Below are positions 25,322-38,401 of a stretch of DNA of 64,000 bases, piece by piece (position 1 is the stretch's first letter; each line of letters starts with the position of its first letter). The stretch is from Octopus vulgaris. Taxonomy: Eukaryota. The position numbers and the translations under genes were made by a program. The DNA is taken from contig OX597824.1 in NCBI GenBank assembly GCA_951406725.2, positions 6,324,001 through 6,388,000 on the forward strand, written 5' to 3'. Under the pieces are notes generated by a model that saw only the letters and a program-made list of their open reading frames with translations, was not told the DNA's origin and searched no databases.

Positions 25322-25716
25322 CTAGCAGTATCGCCCGGCGTTGCTCGGGTTTGTCAGGGAAATAACTATATAAGCATTTTTAGAGATGTAAAGTATAATA
25401 GCCATCTCAATATGGCTAACCACAAAGGGGGGTGTTACTGTAGCTTTTTACGTTCTGAGATTTAATAATACATTTTTATAGAGTTACTTCCCTTATATAA
25501 TAGCAAAAAAAATTCATTAAAAATGGGAAAAAATGATGGTAATTTTTTTTTTAATCGTAGACTCATCGTAGACGTGTGCTAATACCCAGAAGGGCTCGAT
25601 ATGAATCACGACTATAAGATACCCGCTTTTGGTTACACTGCACCGCAAAATGTGGGAGTAGTTAGGAATCTAAATCGTAGGAGACAGACACACAACTTCA
25701 CTTTTATATATAAAGA
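25322..25716 (-). mobile_element. Non-autonomous Helitron
   Basis: Minus strand 5'-TC(tttatatataaaa)...hairpin-CTAG-3', inserted between A and T with no TSD. Confidence 0.85.
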
Positions 25717-25963
25717 TTTACGTTTGATTCATGAAGTTCGTCGGATTATTTTGCAATACATTTCGGTTTCTCTATGTAGCTGTGTACGTTATAGCACAGG
25801 GGACGACCCGACGATACTCATTTCTCAACGTTTTACTCCGCAAAAGACATAAATTTGGGGAAAAAAATAAGAACATTCGGAACCCACAGATGTGAAGGTC
25901 TAGACACGGTGACACACACTCTCAAAAGATCGAGAGAAAAAAAAACTCGTAATAAGTGACCGT

Positions 25964-26542
25964 AGGCGCAGGAGTAGCTTGCTTACCAACCACATGGTTC
26001 CGGGTTCACCTTGGGCAAGTGTGTTCTACTATAGCCTCGGGTCTACCAAAGCCTTTTGAGTGGATTTGGTTGACGGAAACTGAAAGAAGCCCGTCGTATA
26101 CATGCATATGTATCTATATGTTTGTGTGTGTGTGTGTGTTTGTCCCCCAACATCGTTTGACAACCGATGCTGGTGTGTTTACGTTCCCGTCATTAGCGAT
26201 CGTATATATGTATATACATATATGTATGTGTGTGTATATGTTTGTCCCCCCAACATCGTTTGACAACCGATGCTGGTGTGTTTACATTCCCGTCAATAGC
26301 GATCGTATATATGTATATATATACATGTATGTGTGTGTATATGTTTGTCCCCCCAACATCGCTTGACAACCGATGCTGGTGTGTTTATGTTCTCTGTCAC
26401 TTAGCGGTTCGGCAAAAGAGACCAATAAAACAAGTACTAGGCTTACAAAGAATAAGTTCTGGGGTCGATTTGCTCGACTAAAAGCGGTGCTCCAGCATGG
26501 CCGCAGTCAAATGACTGAAACAAGTAAAATAATACAAGAATA
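25964..26542 (+). mobile_element. SINE family B with an internal unit of about 102 bp triplicated
   Basis: tgtccccc..aacatcg..gacaaccgatgctgg recurs at 26141, 26243 and 26346. Confidence 0.9.
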
Positions 26543-26784
26543 AGTCTGGTCAAAGTGAATGAATATATATTTTACTCGGGTTTCTGAATTTACTGGTATT
26601 GTCCTTCATTAAAACCACGTAATGAAAAAAATGCTGATGCTGTGAGCTGACTTTATAATTAGGTAACCTTTTCATTTTCCCGAATGGCTTTTGATTAGTG
26701 GGAACCGCTCTGGTGTAATATTTTAAATGTAGTTATTTTTTGGAGTTTTCAAATTACCACCATATTTTGTATTTATATTTATGT

Positions 26785-26940
26785 ACGGTTAAAATTTCAC
26801 ATTGCAACTGTGTGATTTCGGGTTCAAATCCACTGCGCATCACTTTAGTCATATGGCTTCTACTATAGCCCCTGGCGGACCAATATATTGTGAATGGATT
26901 TGGTTGAAGTAAACTTTGTTGAATCCCGTCACACACACAT
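26785..26940 (+). mobile_element. Old diverged family B SINE 5' half
   Basis: gggttcaaatccactgcg...cttctactatagcc...gtgaatggatttggt. Confidence 0.6.
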
Positions 26941-26959
26941 ATATATATATATATATATA

Positions 26960-27624
26960 CATGGTTGGCCAAAAGTCACCTGACAGTAGATCAAACCCAT
27001 TAAATTCCAGGATATTTAACAACTGATTGAATTTAATAAAATCATCATAGGCGCAGGAGTGGCTGTGTGATAAGTAGCTTGTTTACCAACAACATGGCTC
27101 CGGGTTCAGTCCCACTGGGTGGCACCTTGGGCAAGTGTCTTCTACTATAGCCTCGGGCCGACCAAATCCTTGTGAGTGGATTTGGTAGACGGAAACTGAA
27201 AGAAGCCCGTCGTATATATGTATATATAAATATATACATATATGTATGTGCGTGTATATGTCTGTGTGTCTGTGTTTGTCCCCCCCCAATATCTCTTGAC
27301 AACCGATGGTGGTGTGTTTACGTCCCCGTAACTTAACGATTCGGCAAAAGAGATCGATAGAATAAATACTAGGATTACAAAGAATAAGTCCTGGGGTCGA
27401 TTTGCTCGACTAAAGGCGTTGCTGCAGCATGGCCACAGTCAAATGACTGAAACAAGTAAAAGAGTAAAAGAGAGTAGAGTATCTAAATATGAAACATCAT
27501 GAAAATTCTTCAAACTGAAGCCCTTCTTGAGCGACACCATTTTCCCATTCGAATCAATTAAAAACTTACAGATGGCATTTATGGAATTTTGATTTAGTAT
27601 CGGGTGACTTTTTAACCAACCCTG
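26960..27624. mobile_element. Tc1/mariner-type MITE containing a SINE insertion
   Basis: TA|catggttggccaaaagtcacctga ... tcgggtgactttttaaccaaccctg|TA imperfect TIRs. Confidence 0.7.
27049..27480 (+). mobile_element. SINE family B, full length
   Basis: aggcgcaggagtggctgtgtg head through to the (gtaaaaga)n tail. Confidence 0.9.
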
Positions 27625-27759
27625 TATATTAAATTTTCTGTCGTTTCTGCTGTGTAAGTTGGGTGTCTTTATATAAATATCTATATATATTTGTACTTAA
27701 ATATCCATCGTCTGCAAGGTTCCATCCTTTACTTCATGTGTAGTAATCGTTTCTGCTAT

Positions 27760-27965
27760 AGGCATTAGGCCTGACATTTGGGGAGAGAAGATTAGTCAAT
27801 TACATCGACCTCCAGTGCTTAACTGGTACTTATTTTATTGACACCGAAAAAATGAAGAGCAAAGTCCTTCACGGGGAAATTTGAACTCAGTACGTAAAGA
27901 CACACGAAATGTCGCAACGTATTTCGACCGGAGTTCTACCGATTCTGCCTTAGTGTCACCGCCTT
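27760..27965 (-). mobile_element. Old family A-related SINE
   Basis: Diverged reverse complement of the family A core. Confidence 0.7.
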
Positions 27966-28606
27966 AGTCAAGTGTCATGAACCAGTACTCCATGCATTGC
28001 TGTTAAAAGAACGAAATATAATCTTCGTATAAACTATACGCCATTGTTTTAAAATAAGTAAAACATTGTCTTTTTGAACTTTTTATAACTGTTTACGTTT
28101 CTTCTTTATCATCATTAACGTACATGTGATTTATAAATAGTATTTTTATGTCGTCTGCTTCAAAAAACATTAAATACTTTTATATTCTAAAGAACAATCC
28201 TTTATATGAACTGTTGTTTTTCAATTGTTTTTCTAACAAATAATTCATATCAATAATTGTTTAAATATACTTCCACAAATAATTTTATTTATGTCAATTC
28301 CTCTGTAACATCTTTAATAACAAAACAATACTTTTAAATAAGTATCTAGACGCCTCCATTTCCATGTCAAAGATTCGTAGTTCAGTATTATATATTCATT
28401 AATTTTACATTTTCTGAAAAACTTGCTATAAATAAAACATAATACTGAAGTTGCTGCCATCCAAACAATTCAAAAGATATTGATTGCTTAAACAGACTTC
28501 TTAAAAAAATGTTTTCAAGCATTTCACTTTTTCTCCGTAAAAATATGTAAAATATGCAAAATACAAATATTAAAAAATCCTAATCTCCTACTCAAAAGTT
28601 TTGACG

Positions 28607-28741
<135 letters not shown>

Positions 28742-28774
28742 GTATGTATGTATGTATGTATGTATGTATGTATG

Positions 28775-28858
<84 letters not shown>

Positions 28859-29289
28859 CGATAAAGTTTATCGACAAGAGTATGGACACATAATTTCAAA
28901 AAAGTTTCGCCACACATACAGACGAATTGAAATATAACTCTCTGAAAACACAGTGAAATGGCTTTCACTTTCAAGTCATTCAAAATCCCAACCTCAAAAT
29001 GGCAGCTATTATTATCTGCAATTTTCGCATTGTTATAGAAGGTTGTATTTCAGCTATGTTACCGTACAGATTTGTTCACTGGTTCTATGATCTGTGATAT
29101 ATCACCAGTTTTATTCTACTGCATATGTCTTTCTATTTCGATATATAAACAGGAGGAAGAGATGAAGAGCTCAGCTGAAACGTTCTTGGCTTTGAGGGTA
29201 TCACGAAAAGCCTGACTGGGGGCCCAACTTTCTGAGTTCTTTCAAAGGGGTTATCATTATTACTAGACATATTACTAGGCGAATTTTTT

Positions 29290-29480
29290 AGTGGTATTTC
29301 GTCTGCGGCTACGTTCTGAGTTCAAATTCCGCCAGAGGTCGAATTTACCTTTCATCCTTTCTGTATCGATAAAATAAGTACCAGTTACGCACTGGGGTCG
29401 ATATAATCGACTTAATCCGTCTGTCTGTCCCTGTTTGTCTCCTCTGTGTGTAGCCCCTTGTGGGCAGTAAAGAAATAAGA
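29290..29480 (+). mobile_element. SINE family A, 5'-truncated
   Basis: ggtatttcgtctgc ... aaagaaataa. Confidence 0.85.
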
Positions 29481-30925
29481 ATATTTTTAGAATATTATAT
29501 TCATGTTCCTCTTGAAGTTGTCAAAAATAAAAATCCATTTTACTTTCTTTGTTTTAGATATTTTGCATTTTTGGTAGAGACTAAATTTTCTTCCGTGTTA
29601 ATCTATTCTTTTACGCTCTTTCGATCGATGCTTTCTCTTCGTTTGTTTGTTTTTTATTCGATATTTACGCATAAAATAGAGAACACACTTATTTTGCTAA
29701 TGATTTAATAACAACCAAGATACATGTGTGTGTGTAGGAGGGGGGATTTCTTATTGTGATTTGCTTTCTGTGCGTATTTGCGTATCTGTTACTGATGTAC
29801 TTCATTATAGCTTATTGCTTACGTGAAGTCCGAGATGAACAAATATGTGCTGATACAGATAGGAAGAAATACGATTATTTGTTTTAGTCACGTTTCAGGT
29901 TTCGTTTGTGTATGGATCGACTACGTTTTTCATTGCTTAAGAGTCTATACAATAAATACCATTAAAATATTAAGGTGGAATATATAATCTATCCATATTT
30001 TCGTTAGAAAGGAAAGCCTATCTAAACAAAAGATCTCTTTGTGTAAGCAAGAGTGTACGCATTCTGCTTGCATTTGCATCAAATTATGGAGAATAATTAT
30101 AGAAAACCTATTGAAACCTTCAGAGATATCCTCTCTTTAAAGTATATTTATGAGAAATAAATCTGGAAATCTATAAGGCTTTGATTTCCTTTCTCATTAA
30201 ACGTTTTTTATTGCTTCACGTATTGAATATGAATTGCATTAACTATATATCTAAGTATTCTTTTACTTATATTCGCATTGTTGGTAAAACTTGCTTCCAG
30301 ACATCTCGTGTGTTTGGAGTCTTAGGCATGATATTTTCAAATTCCCAAAAGGAAATCCTCAGACGTCTACGAAGTGTTTATTGCTAGAATTCATTGAAAA
30401 AGGTTTTCGGTTTTGCTGCAGAGAATATGATGCAGAGATTATGGATTAAAACATCAAATGCTGCGCAGACTTTTTACCAAAGTTCTAAACTATTTTCTTA
30501 TTTATTGTACTCAAATGTAATGTTATAGTTTTTATGACCCGAGAATTTTTATCGTTGCTTGTGTTTGTATTTGCATGCAGTTGTGGGTGATTAGATCGAG
30601 AATTAAGCTTATCGCTTAACAGTTTCACATTAATCTATTCCTTTATGTCTTCTGTCTTGTAGTGTAGCACAAACGATATACAAAAATTGCAGGAAAGTTG
30701 ACTAGTTTATGTATGTGTGTGCGTGTAGGTGCGTGTGTGTACATTTATTTATAGATAGATCGATATATACATACATACATATATATATTTGTCTGTGTGT
30801 GTATGTGTCGATATACGCAAACGTATACAATATACAAATATACAATGCATAGACAGAAAGACAGATACATACATACGTACGTACGTGCATACATACATAC
30901 ATATATACATACATACATACATTCA

Positions 30926-30959
<34 letters not shown>

Positions 30960-30982
30960 CATACATACATACATACATACAT

Positions 30983-31087
30983 ACTCTGTTGATGTTGAAA
31001 TTCCTATGGCGGAGTTTTGGATCTAGTTTAGAAACCGGTTCTTTCTCTTTTGGCAAGAAATTTTGAAATGAAACTGAATAATGGCAT
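30983..31087 (+). mobile_element. Short unclassified element in (TACA)n (related copies at 34395-34480 + and about 57050-57145 -)
   Basis: Shared ggatctag.ttagaaaccgg.tct ... ggca.gaaat.ttgaaat.a.actgaataatg.cat. Confidence 0.6.
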
Positions 31088-33279
31088 GCATGCACACATG
31101 CATACATATATACATACATACATACATACATACATACATACATACATACATACATACATACATACATACATACATACATACATACATACATACATCAATA
31201 CAGTACGATACATACATACAACATATGAGATAGTTCTGTTTTTGTACCAAAATTTTAATCACATACAATATTGGTTGAAACATTTCCTGGAGGCAGGTAT
31301 GACGAGCTAAATGAAACTCATAACTGGCTCGTCAGGAAGTTGTCCGCCTTAGATCGTAGCTCCAGGTCATCAGGTAAGCATTGAAGTCATTCTCATATTT
31401 AAACCAGAACACTATTGCTGCAGGTTGTCATTTTGGTGCTCATTCAAATCTGTCGAATAGAACCTTAGGAATGAAAGTCTCTTCAAATCTGCTTGGAATT
31501 GAAACAGAAACAGACATCAACTAGATATAGCACACTTTTGATATCCTCAACATAAGCCTATATATAAATATAGTATAATACAGATATACGAAGACAAAAA
31601 ACTCGCTATGATGATATTTGCGCATGAAAATTAAAGACAGACCATCTCCAACTATTTTTTTAATAATACCGTAAATATTTACGCTTCCCGCTCGTCAAAT
31701 TTATAACTTTAAAGTAAAATGAAAAGCATTAAAATCAAACAGTGAGAGCTGGGAAATATTTCTTGAAAAATAATATCAAATAAATGAAGAATGCGTGAAT
31801 AAGAGGACTGTCTTTCCTGTGCGTGACAAACGCAACAAGCGAAATGTGACCGGATTCGAGGACCAGATGTAAAGTGATATAAATATATGTGAACACTGTA
31901 TCAGAACAGAGCAGAAAACAGAAATAAATGAAGGCAGAATAAAAGACAGATATGATAAAAATAACTTAATAAAAATGGAAGTGAGAGTGGATGAATGCGC
32001 AGATGAATAACCAGATAATGAATGAATGTTTGGGGTTTTTTTTACATTTTGTTTTGTCTTTGTTTTGAAGTGGGGCTATAACAAAGAAATACATCGTTAG
32101 GTGTGAGAATATTGCTAAGTTGCAATATAATAGAATGGTGAAAAGAAATAAGAACACAAGGATTAAGGGAAAAATAGTTTAGGAACAATCTTATTCGAAG
32201 AATTTCAAGTTCCTAATGAATAGGTTCTTGTAAATTTATTCAAATGTTTGGAGTAGATTAGAAATTGTTTTTATAGCGAAAGCTACTTCAATGGAACTTT
32301 TTTTATCAACTAATAGGTATCTACTGTGCTGTTAAGTACTTTATGAACGATATTATTTAATATCGAAGTATTTGGGACTTAAAACGATACTATTATCAAT
32401 ATGGCAGAAGAAATTTGATTATACGTGAACATCAAGATTCACACACAATTCACACATTATCAAATTATACCCGCCAAACATATTATTATATCTGAGAGAA
32501 AATTCACAGCTGGTTATATGAATAAGGCGTCGATATACATATGTAAACGTTCATTGTTTTCTCCTGTTACTGGAAGAATAAATTGTACATGACAATGTTA
32601 AAGATATTTAACTCTAAAAGCATTGGTTAGTACAAGTATATGGAAATACACGTAGCATAATATAAGATGACAAGCTATCAAAAGTACAAATATAAAAAAT
32701 TAAGTTACCTACTACGGTGATAACCTAATTTATGACTGCTATATTTGTGACTAACTACACAGAATTAGATTTTTGAAAAACTAAAATATTTTCTTTATCA
32801 CGTGATGTTCAGAATACCCATTCTTATATTCTTCTAATTGTTTCACATATACTACTACAAATACTCGTTGTTATCCGGGTTAAAGAGAATAATGAAATTT
32901 AAAAACACCGCCTAGATTACGCAGGCCTCAACTTCTAGTAGCTAGGATAGCGACTCTCTACATTCATTACTCTCCAACCTATGCTAGTATGGAACATAGA
33001 TGTTAAATAAAATGTTAAAAGGAAGTTTTCAACTCGTATATGTATGTAAAGTAAATAAACGTAATTCAAAAACATGTTTTGTGTAGTTTATTTCGTAACT
33101 AAAAATGAGGTATGGATTATAAGCAATGAAAGACTGATTTTCGTGATTTATTTGACAGACGTTGTAGAGAACCAATCCGATGATAAATGTGACCTTGGAT
33201 CTTGAAAATTTGCATCGATCCTGACTCAGTTAAATCTCTTGTGGCTCCAAATGGTGTCATATGTATTGCAGCGTTGTAT

Positions 33280-33691
33280 TACTCTCTTTTACTCTTTTAC
33301 TTGTTTCAGTCATTTGACTGCGGCCATGCTGGAGCACCGCCTTTAGTCGAGCAAATCTACCCCGGGACTTATTCTTTGAAAACCCAGTACTCATTCTATC
33401 GGTCTCTTTTGCCGAACCGCTAAGTAACGGGGACATAAACACACCAGCATCGGTTGTCAAGCAATGCTAGGGGGACAAACACAGACACACAAACAAACAC
33501 ACATACATATATATATATACATATATACGACAGGCTTCTTTCAGTTTCCGTCTACCAAATCCACTCACAAGGCATTGGTCGGCCCGGGGCTATAGCAGAA
33601 GACACTTGCCCAAGATGCCACGCAGTGGGACTGAACCCGGAACCATGTGGTTGGTTAGCAAGCTACTTACCACACAGCCACTCCTGCGCCT
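33280..33691 (-). mobile_element. SINE family B, full length
   Basis: Matches the other copies. Confidence 0.9.
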
Positions 33692-34024
33692 ATTGTCTAA
33701 TTTTGTTTTGGAAGTCCTTAGAATCTTGGTCATTTGATGTCAACAGTTTCTTCAATGCTTCTGGAGGTTGGGGGATTACAGGAGGTTTAACCTTTCCACC
33801 ACTGCAGCACAGTGTAGGTGTCTCTCCATTCCACTTCCTTGCTTTGCTTTACAATGTATGAACTCGATTGTGGTTGCACCAAAGGAAACTCTAGTGTCAT
33901 CTGCATAATGAACTGCTGAATCATAATTGAAAGCTGCTTCGTAGAAGTTGCTTCCCTGAGCTGTTGCAACTGATCTTCGTTCTGCAGTGAAGATCCTATT
34001 CCTTGTCACCCGTGCATACCTCAT
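33692..34024 (-). pseudogene. Helitron Rep-helicase N-terminal (zinc-finger region) fragment
   Basis: Minus strand AAFNYD...IHCKAK/(frameshift)/KWNGETPTLCCSGGKVKPPVIPQPPEALKKLLTSNDQDSKDFQNKIRQ, the HC.A..W..E...CC..GKV...PP..L..LL...F...IR signature of Helitron proteins. Confidence 0.8.
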
Positions 34025-34568
34025 AGCCACTCCTGCGCCTTTAGCTTAGCGATCCCACGACGACAATCGAACCCAGGGCCCGTTTGTTTTCGTGGAATAC
34101 CAGAATTTTCTTTTCACGGTAACTCTACATTAATATTTACTCCAGATATTATGTGCAAATCATGACTGAGTCTTTAGAAGTATGCTTCGCAACTGGAATA
34201 TTTCGGAGGTTTGATTTCTCTGCTCGATACCTGGGGAAGCCTAATTCGCCAATATCATGTGAGAAAAGTATAGTCTAGAGAAAAATTGTACAGAAACCAT
34301 CGTATTCATGCAAGCATACATACATACATACATACATACATACATACATACATACATACATACATACATACATACATACATACATACATACAAACATGTT
34401 TCAATGAAGTAGCCTTGGATCTAGGTTAGAAACCGGCTCTCTATTGGCAGGAAATCTTGAAATAAGACTGAATAATGACATACATATACACACATATATA
34501 TATATACATACAGACGGACATATCTACCTACATACATACATACATACATACATACATACATACATACA

Positions 34569-34600
<32 letters not shown>

Positions 34601-35299
34601 CACATACGTATGATCTCGGAAGCCTGGCTTTTCGAGAGAATTTCTATTAAGTTCACCGAAGTATACAATGTTTACACGAACAACAGCGTCTAAAACGTGA
34701 ATATAAACAAAGGATGTACGTCATTAACAAAACGAAATTTTCTAATGCAAAAATGTTGTGTCTGCAGAAACTTCCAACATTTTCACCTGAGCCATTCAAC
34801 AGCTGCTTTCGACATCACACATACGTCATTTTCGACTCCTTTGATTCAGCTCCCTTAAGATTTCCTTCCGTCTCGCATATTAATGTGTTGACTTTGCACG
34901 CCAGTCTAACACAAAATTCAGAATAAAGTTATTTTTCTTCTGAATAATAAATATTTATTCGTGATATGATAATCTTCCGTTAAAGTACAATCAAAATTTA
35001 TGTCTTAAATGTTTCATTCTATTAACTATTTGTGCATAAATCAAAATGATTAGGTCAACGGTTCGTAAATGTTTTTAATTCCCTCAGCACCTTGGAGTAT
35101 TTAAAATATTTTGCTGTACTTTGTGGATACAGAGAAAAAGAAGCGATATTAAAACAAAGAATTTATTTATTTTTAGCCAGGAAATATAAATAAATTAACT
35201 TCTTTCATCAGTAAATAAAGTATTATGAACTGGATTTTAGATTTTGAAAAGCAAAAAACAAAATGGAGTTTAAGTTGATTGTTATTATATTCCCCGTGT

Positions 35300-35715
35300 T
35301 TAAAACAGTTTTATATGGGTATCTTCTATACTGTGTGATGTACAATCTGAGCATGGAGGTGTTGGTCAGATGTTTTTGAATGTTATATTTCCCTAGTCCC
35401 TTACAACTTCTTGATTTCCGCAGTATTTCAGCTACATCATCTGCTGTGATGGTCGTCGGTTCAAAACCGCTCATGTACTGCGTTATTGCCTATGTTGATT
35501 CTTTTGTAACATCACGAACAGTCTTCTCCTTCTTTTCATGTTGATACTTTCTCTTTTACTCTTTTACTTGTTTCAGTCATTTGACTGCGGCCATGCTGGA
35601 GCACCTCCTTTAGTTGAGCAAATCGACCCCAGGACTCATTCTATCGGTCTATTTGCAAGCATCGGTATGTTCGGGGGACAAACACAGAAACACAAACATA
35701 TACACACACACACAA

Positions 35716-35746
<31 letters not shown>

Positions 35747-37030
35747 AACATATATATATATATACATATATACGACGGGCTTCTTTCAGTTTCCGTCTAC
35801 CAAATCCGCTCACAAGGCTTTGGTCGGCCCGAGGCTATAGTAGAAGACACTCGCCCAAGGTGCCACGCAGTGGGACTGAACCCGGAACCATGTGGTTGGG
35901 AAGCAAACTACTTACCACACAGCCACTCCTGCGTCTGCCGTGATTCCTATTATATTTTTAACTAGTCCTTGACATAATCATCCTGGATTGGAGTCGAACT
36001 TTGTTTTGCTCAAAGAATTACTGCGTTTAATACTAAGTGATTTTGTGAGAGTCTTTTCTTTCAGACATTTATTGAATTGGGATACGTCTTTTTGTTTCCA
36101 TGTCTTTCGTCTTTCAGTTTAATGGTATTTACATGCCAGTCTACGACGAACACTATATGAACTACAATTGTTATTTTCTTCTGAATAATAAATATTTCCT
36201 TCGGCAATGAAAATCTTCCATTGAAATACAACAAACTGTATTAAATTTTGTTTCTTAAACGTTTCTTAAATGCTTCCTTCTATTTAGCTATTTGTACATG
36301 AATATAAATGCTTAGGTCAGCGGTTCATAATCTTTTTTTCAATTCCCTCAGCAATTTCGAACAAATAAAAATATTTCGCAGTATTTTGTGCATAAAGTAA
36401 AGAAAACAAAACAATTTTACAACAAAGAATATATATATACTGAGTCTATATATATAAATTAACCCATTTCTATAGTCAATAAACAAAATGTTATTATCTG
36501 GATGTTTGATACATAAAGAACTGTGCAGTTTGAAATTATTTTGAATGTTATTGCTATGTTGTTCACGTTTACGATGATTAATGTGTGGGGGCGTCTGCTA
36601 TATCACCGTGTGTACCGCCATGGCCTGGAGGTGTCTGAGGTATCGTCTTACAGAGACGCAAAGTTGTAAGCATAAACAACAAAATGACAGAAAATTAACG
36701 ATTCTGTCAGCTACAATGGATAGACTTATATGCGATAGTTCTTTTTGAAAACTTTTGCCCAATGGCCATTGTTTACTAACCACACACCTTCCCAAAATTC
36801 TTGCACTTGTTTTGTTGTTGGCACTGAATTGATTTCTGTAATATTTTTGCCTAGTTTCTGTTATAATTGTTATGATTTGGAATCGAACTGAATGTCCACT
36901 TCAAATAATTGTTCTTGCTTTCCAATCCGACTTCTTCTTTGCGATTATCTGAACATATCTTGTTACAGACATTTTATGAACGTCCATACGACTTTTTTTC
37001 ATGTCTTTCTTCTATATTTTCCTTCTCTCA
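35300..37030 (-). mobile_element. Highly decayed non-LTR retrotransposon pieces (R4/Dong-like pre-RT region)
   Basis: Minus strand PTTKQVQEFWEGVW (about 36780-36825) and TITADDVAEILRKSRSCKGLG (about 35390-35455), in the expected order. Confidence 0.4.
35548..35935 (-). mobile_element. SINE family B with internal deletions
   Basis: Matches the other copies. Confidence 0.9.
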
Positions 37031-38343
37031 TTTTTAGGTGAGTCTTTGGTCTGTTATTTGCTATTATCATAACTATTATTAGTTTATTATTTTAATATTA
37101 TCATCAGCATTATTGAGCAATGCGACTGCTAAGAAAAGTATTCAATATGTCGGATAGTGTATTGAATGGAGTGAGAAAATGTATTTCGGTTATGATCAAT
37201 ATTTTCCATAATTAGTTATCCTTTATGATTATTGCTAACAATAATCAATATTACGTGTTACCAATTTCCTCTTTATTGTAATATAGCTATAATTAGTTGC
37301 ATCCATTATACATTAGACCCAGTTTACTTAATTATTGTCTGTAATTATGTAGTAGCGGTATCGAATAGCATAAATTTAAGAAGCTGAGTTCGTCTGGACG
37401 TTTGTTTATATGAAATGTATGCGGGAAATGCAGCCTCTCGGGGATTCATCTCTTTCCAAGCTTTATACGCCAAAAGGCAAATGAGCCTCGCTACTAAAAC
37501 TAATGAAAAGATTGCTAATAATTCATTGCCTGCGATATTTGCAATGATGAGCTGCTTCCCTTGATACATCCTTTTCAAAACTATATGGAAGGAAACGTCT
37601 AAGTGCCACACTGCATTGCTAACAACAAACTATAAAGACAAAACGACCCTACATCTGGGAACCGGCATTTTTATTGCTGTTATGTGATGTTTAGCTCTCA
37701 GTTTTGCCTGTTCTAGATAAGTAGTGAAATTGTGCCGAGATAATTATCGTGAATCGAGATGAATTCCCAACAAAATGCGACCTGACCTGCTTTCGATTTC
37801 GAAGGCCAATCAACTTCGCGTTATTTACTTAATAATGAACCAAGGAAAGGTGAAAGGCCACGTTTCCAATTCCACTTCACAATTGGGCTTAGCGAAAACG
37901 AAAACCAATACAGCTACGCTTTATACGTTGTTCTAATTGTTTTACTCTAATTACTTCGGTTCCATCGGTTTTGAATTCGTATTTTACACCATTTCCCTGG
38001 AAACCTTAATGATAATATTTGTTTAACTTTTCACGCTGACAGACTGATGTTTGTTAGGACTTGTCAAAATTGAAAGATGAGACTTAGGATCAAAATTCTT
38101 TCAGCTGTAGAAAACGCCATCGTCTTATGAGTGTCTAACACCACATTCTTTCATATGCCTTTTATTTTTGTATGACAAAAGTAATTTGAGAGTGATTTTG
38201 TTGCTATTTCTAGCAGGGCAAATAACTGCGAAAGAGCTCTTTTGTTAATTATGAAGAAAAATATGGGTTAAAGTAATTACAAAGACACTATATATTTTAT
38301 CTGGTGACATAAACAAAAGTCAGGAGGCCTTCCACAAATGCTA

Positions 38344-38401
<58 letters not shown>

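Noticed and set aside
29155-29190. gaagagatgaagagctcagctgaaacgttctt, resembling an HHR
   Set aside because: The core lacks C3-U4 and spacing is one nucleotide short; cannot be told from chance.
31298-31340. SECIS-like hairpin atgacgagc...gctcgtca, near a CAG|GTAAGC donor
   Set aside because: The 3' arm is Watson-Crick (TCA) rather than the GA needed for the G.A quartet; no upstream selenoprotein ORF or clear acceptor.
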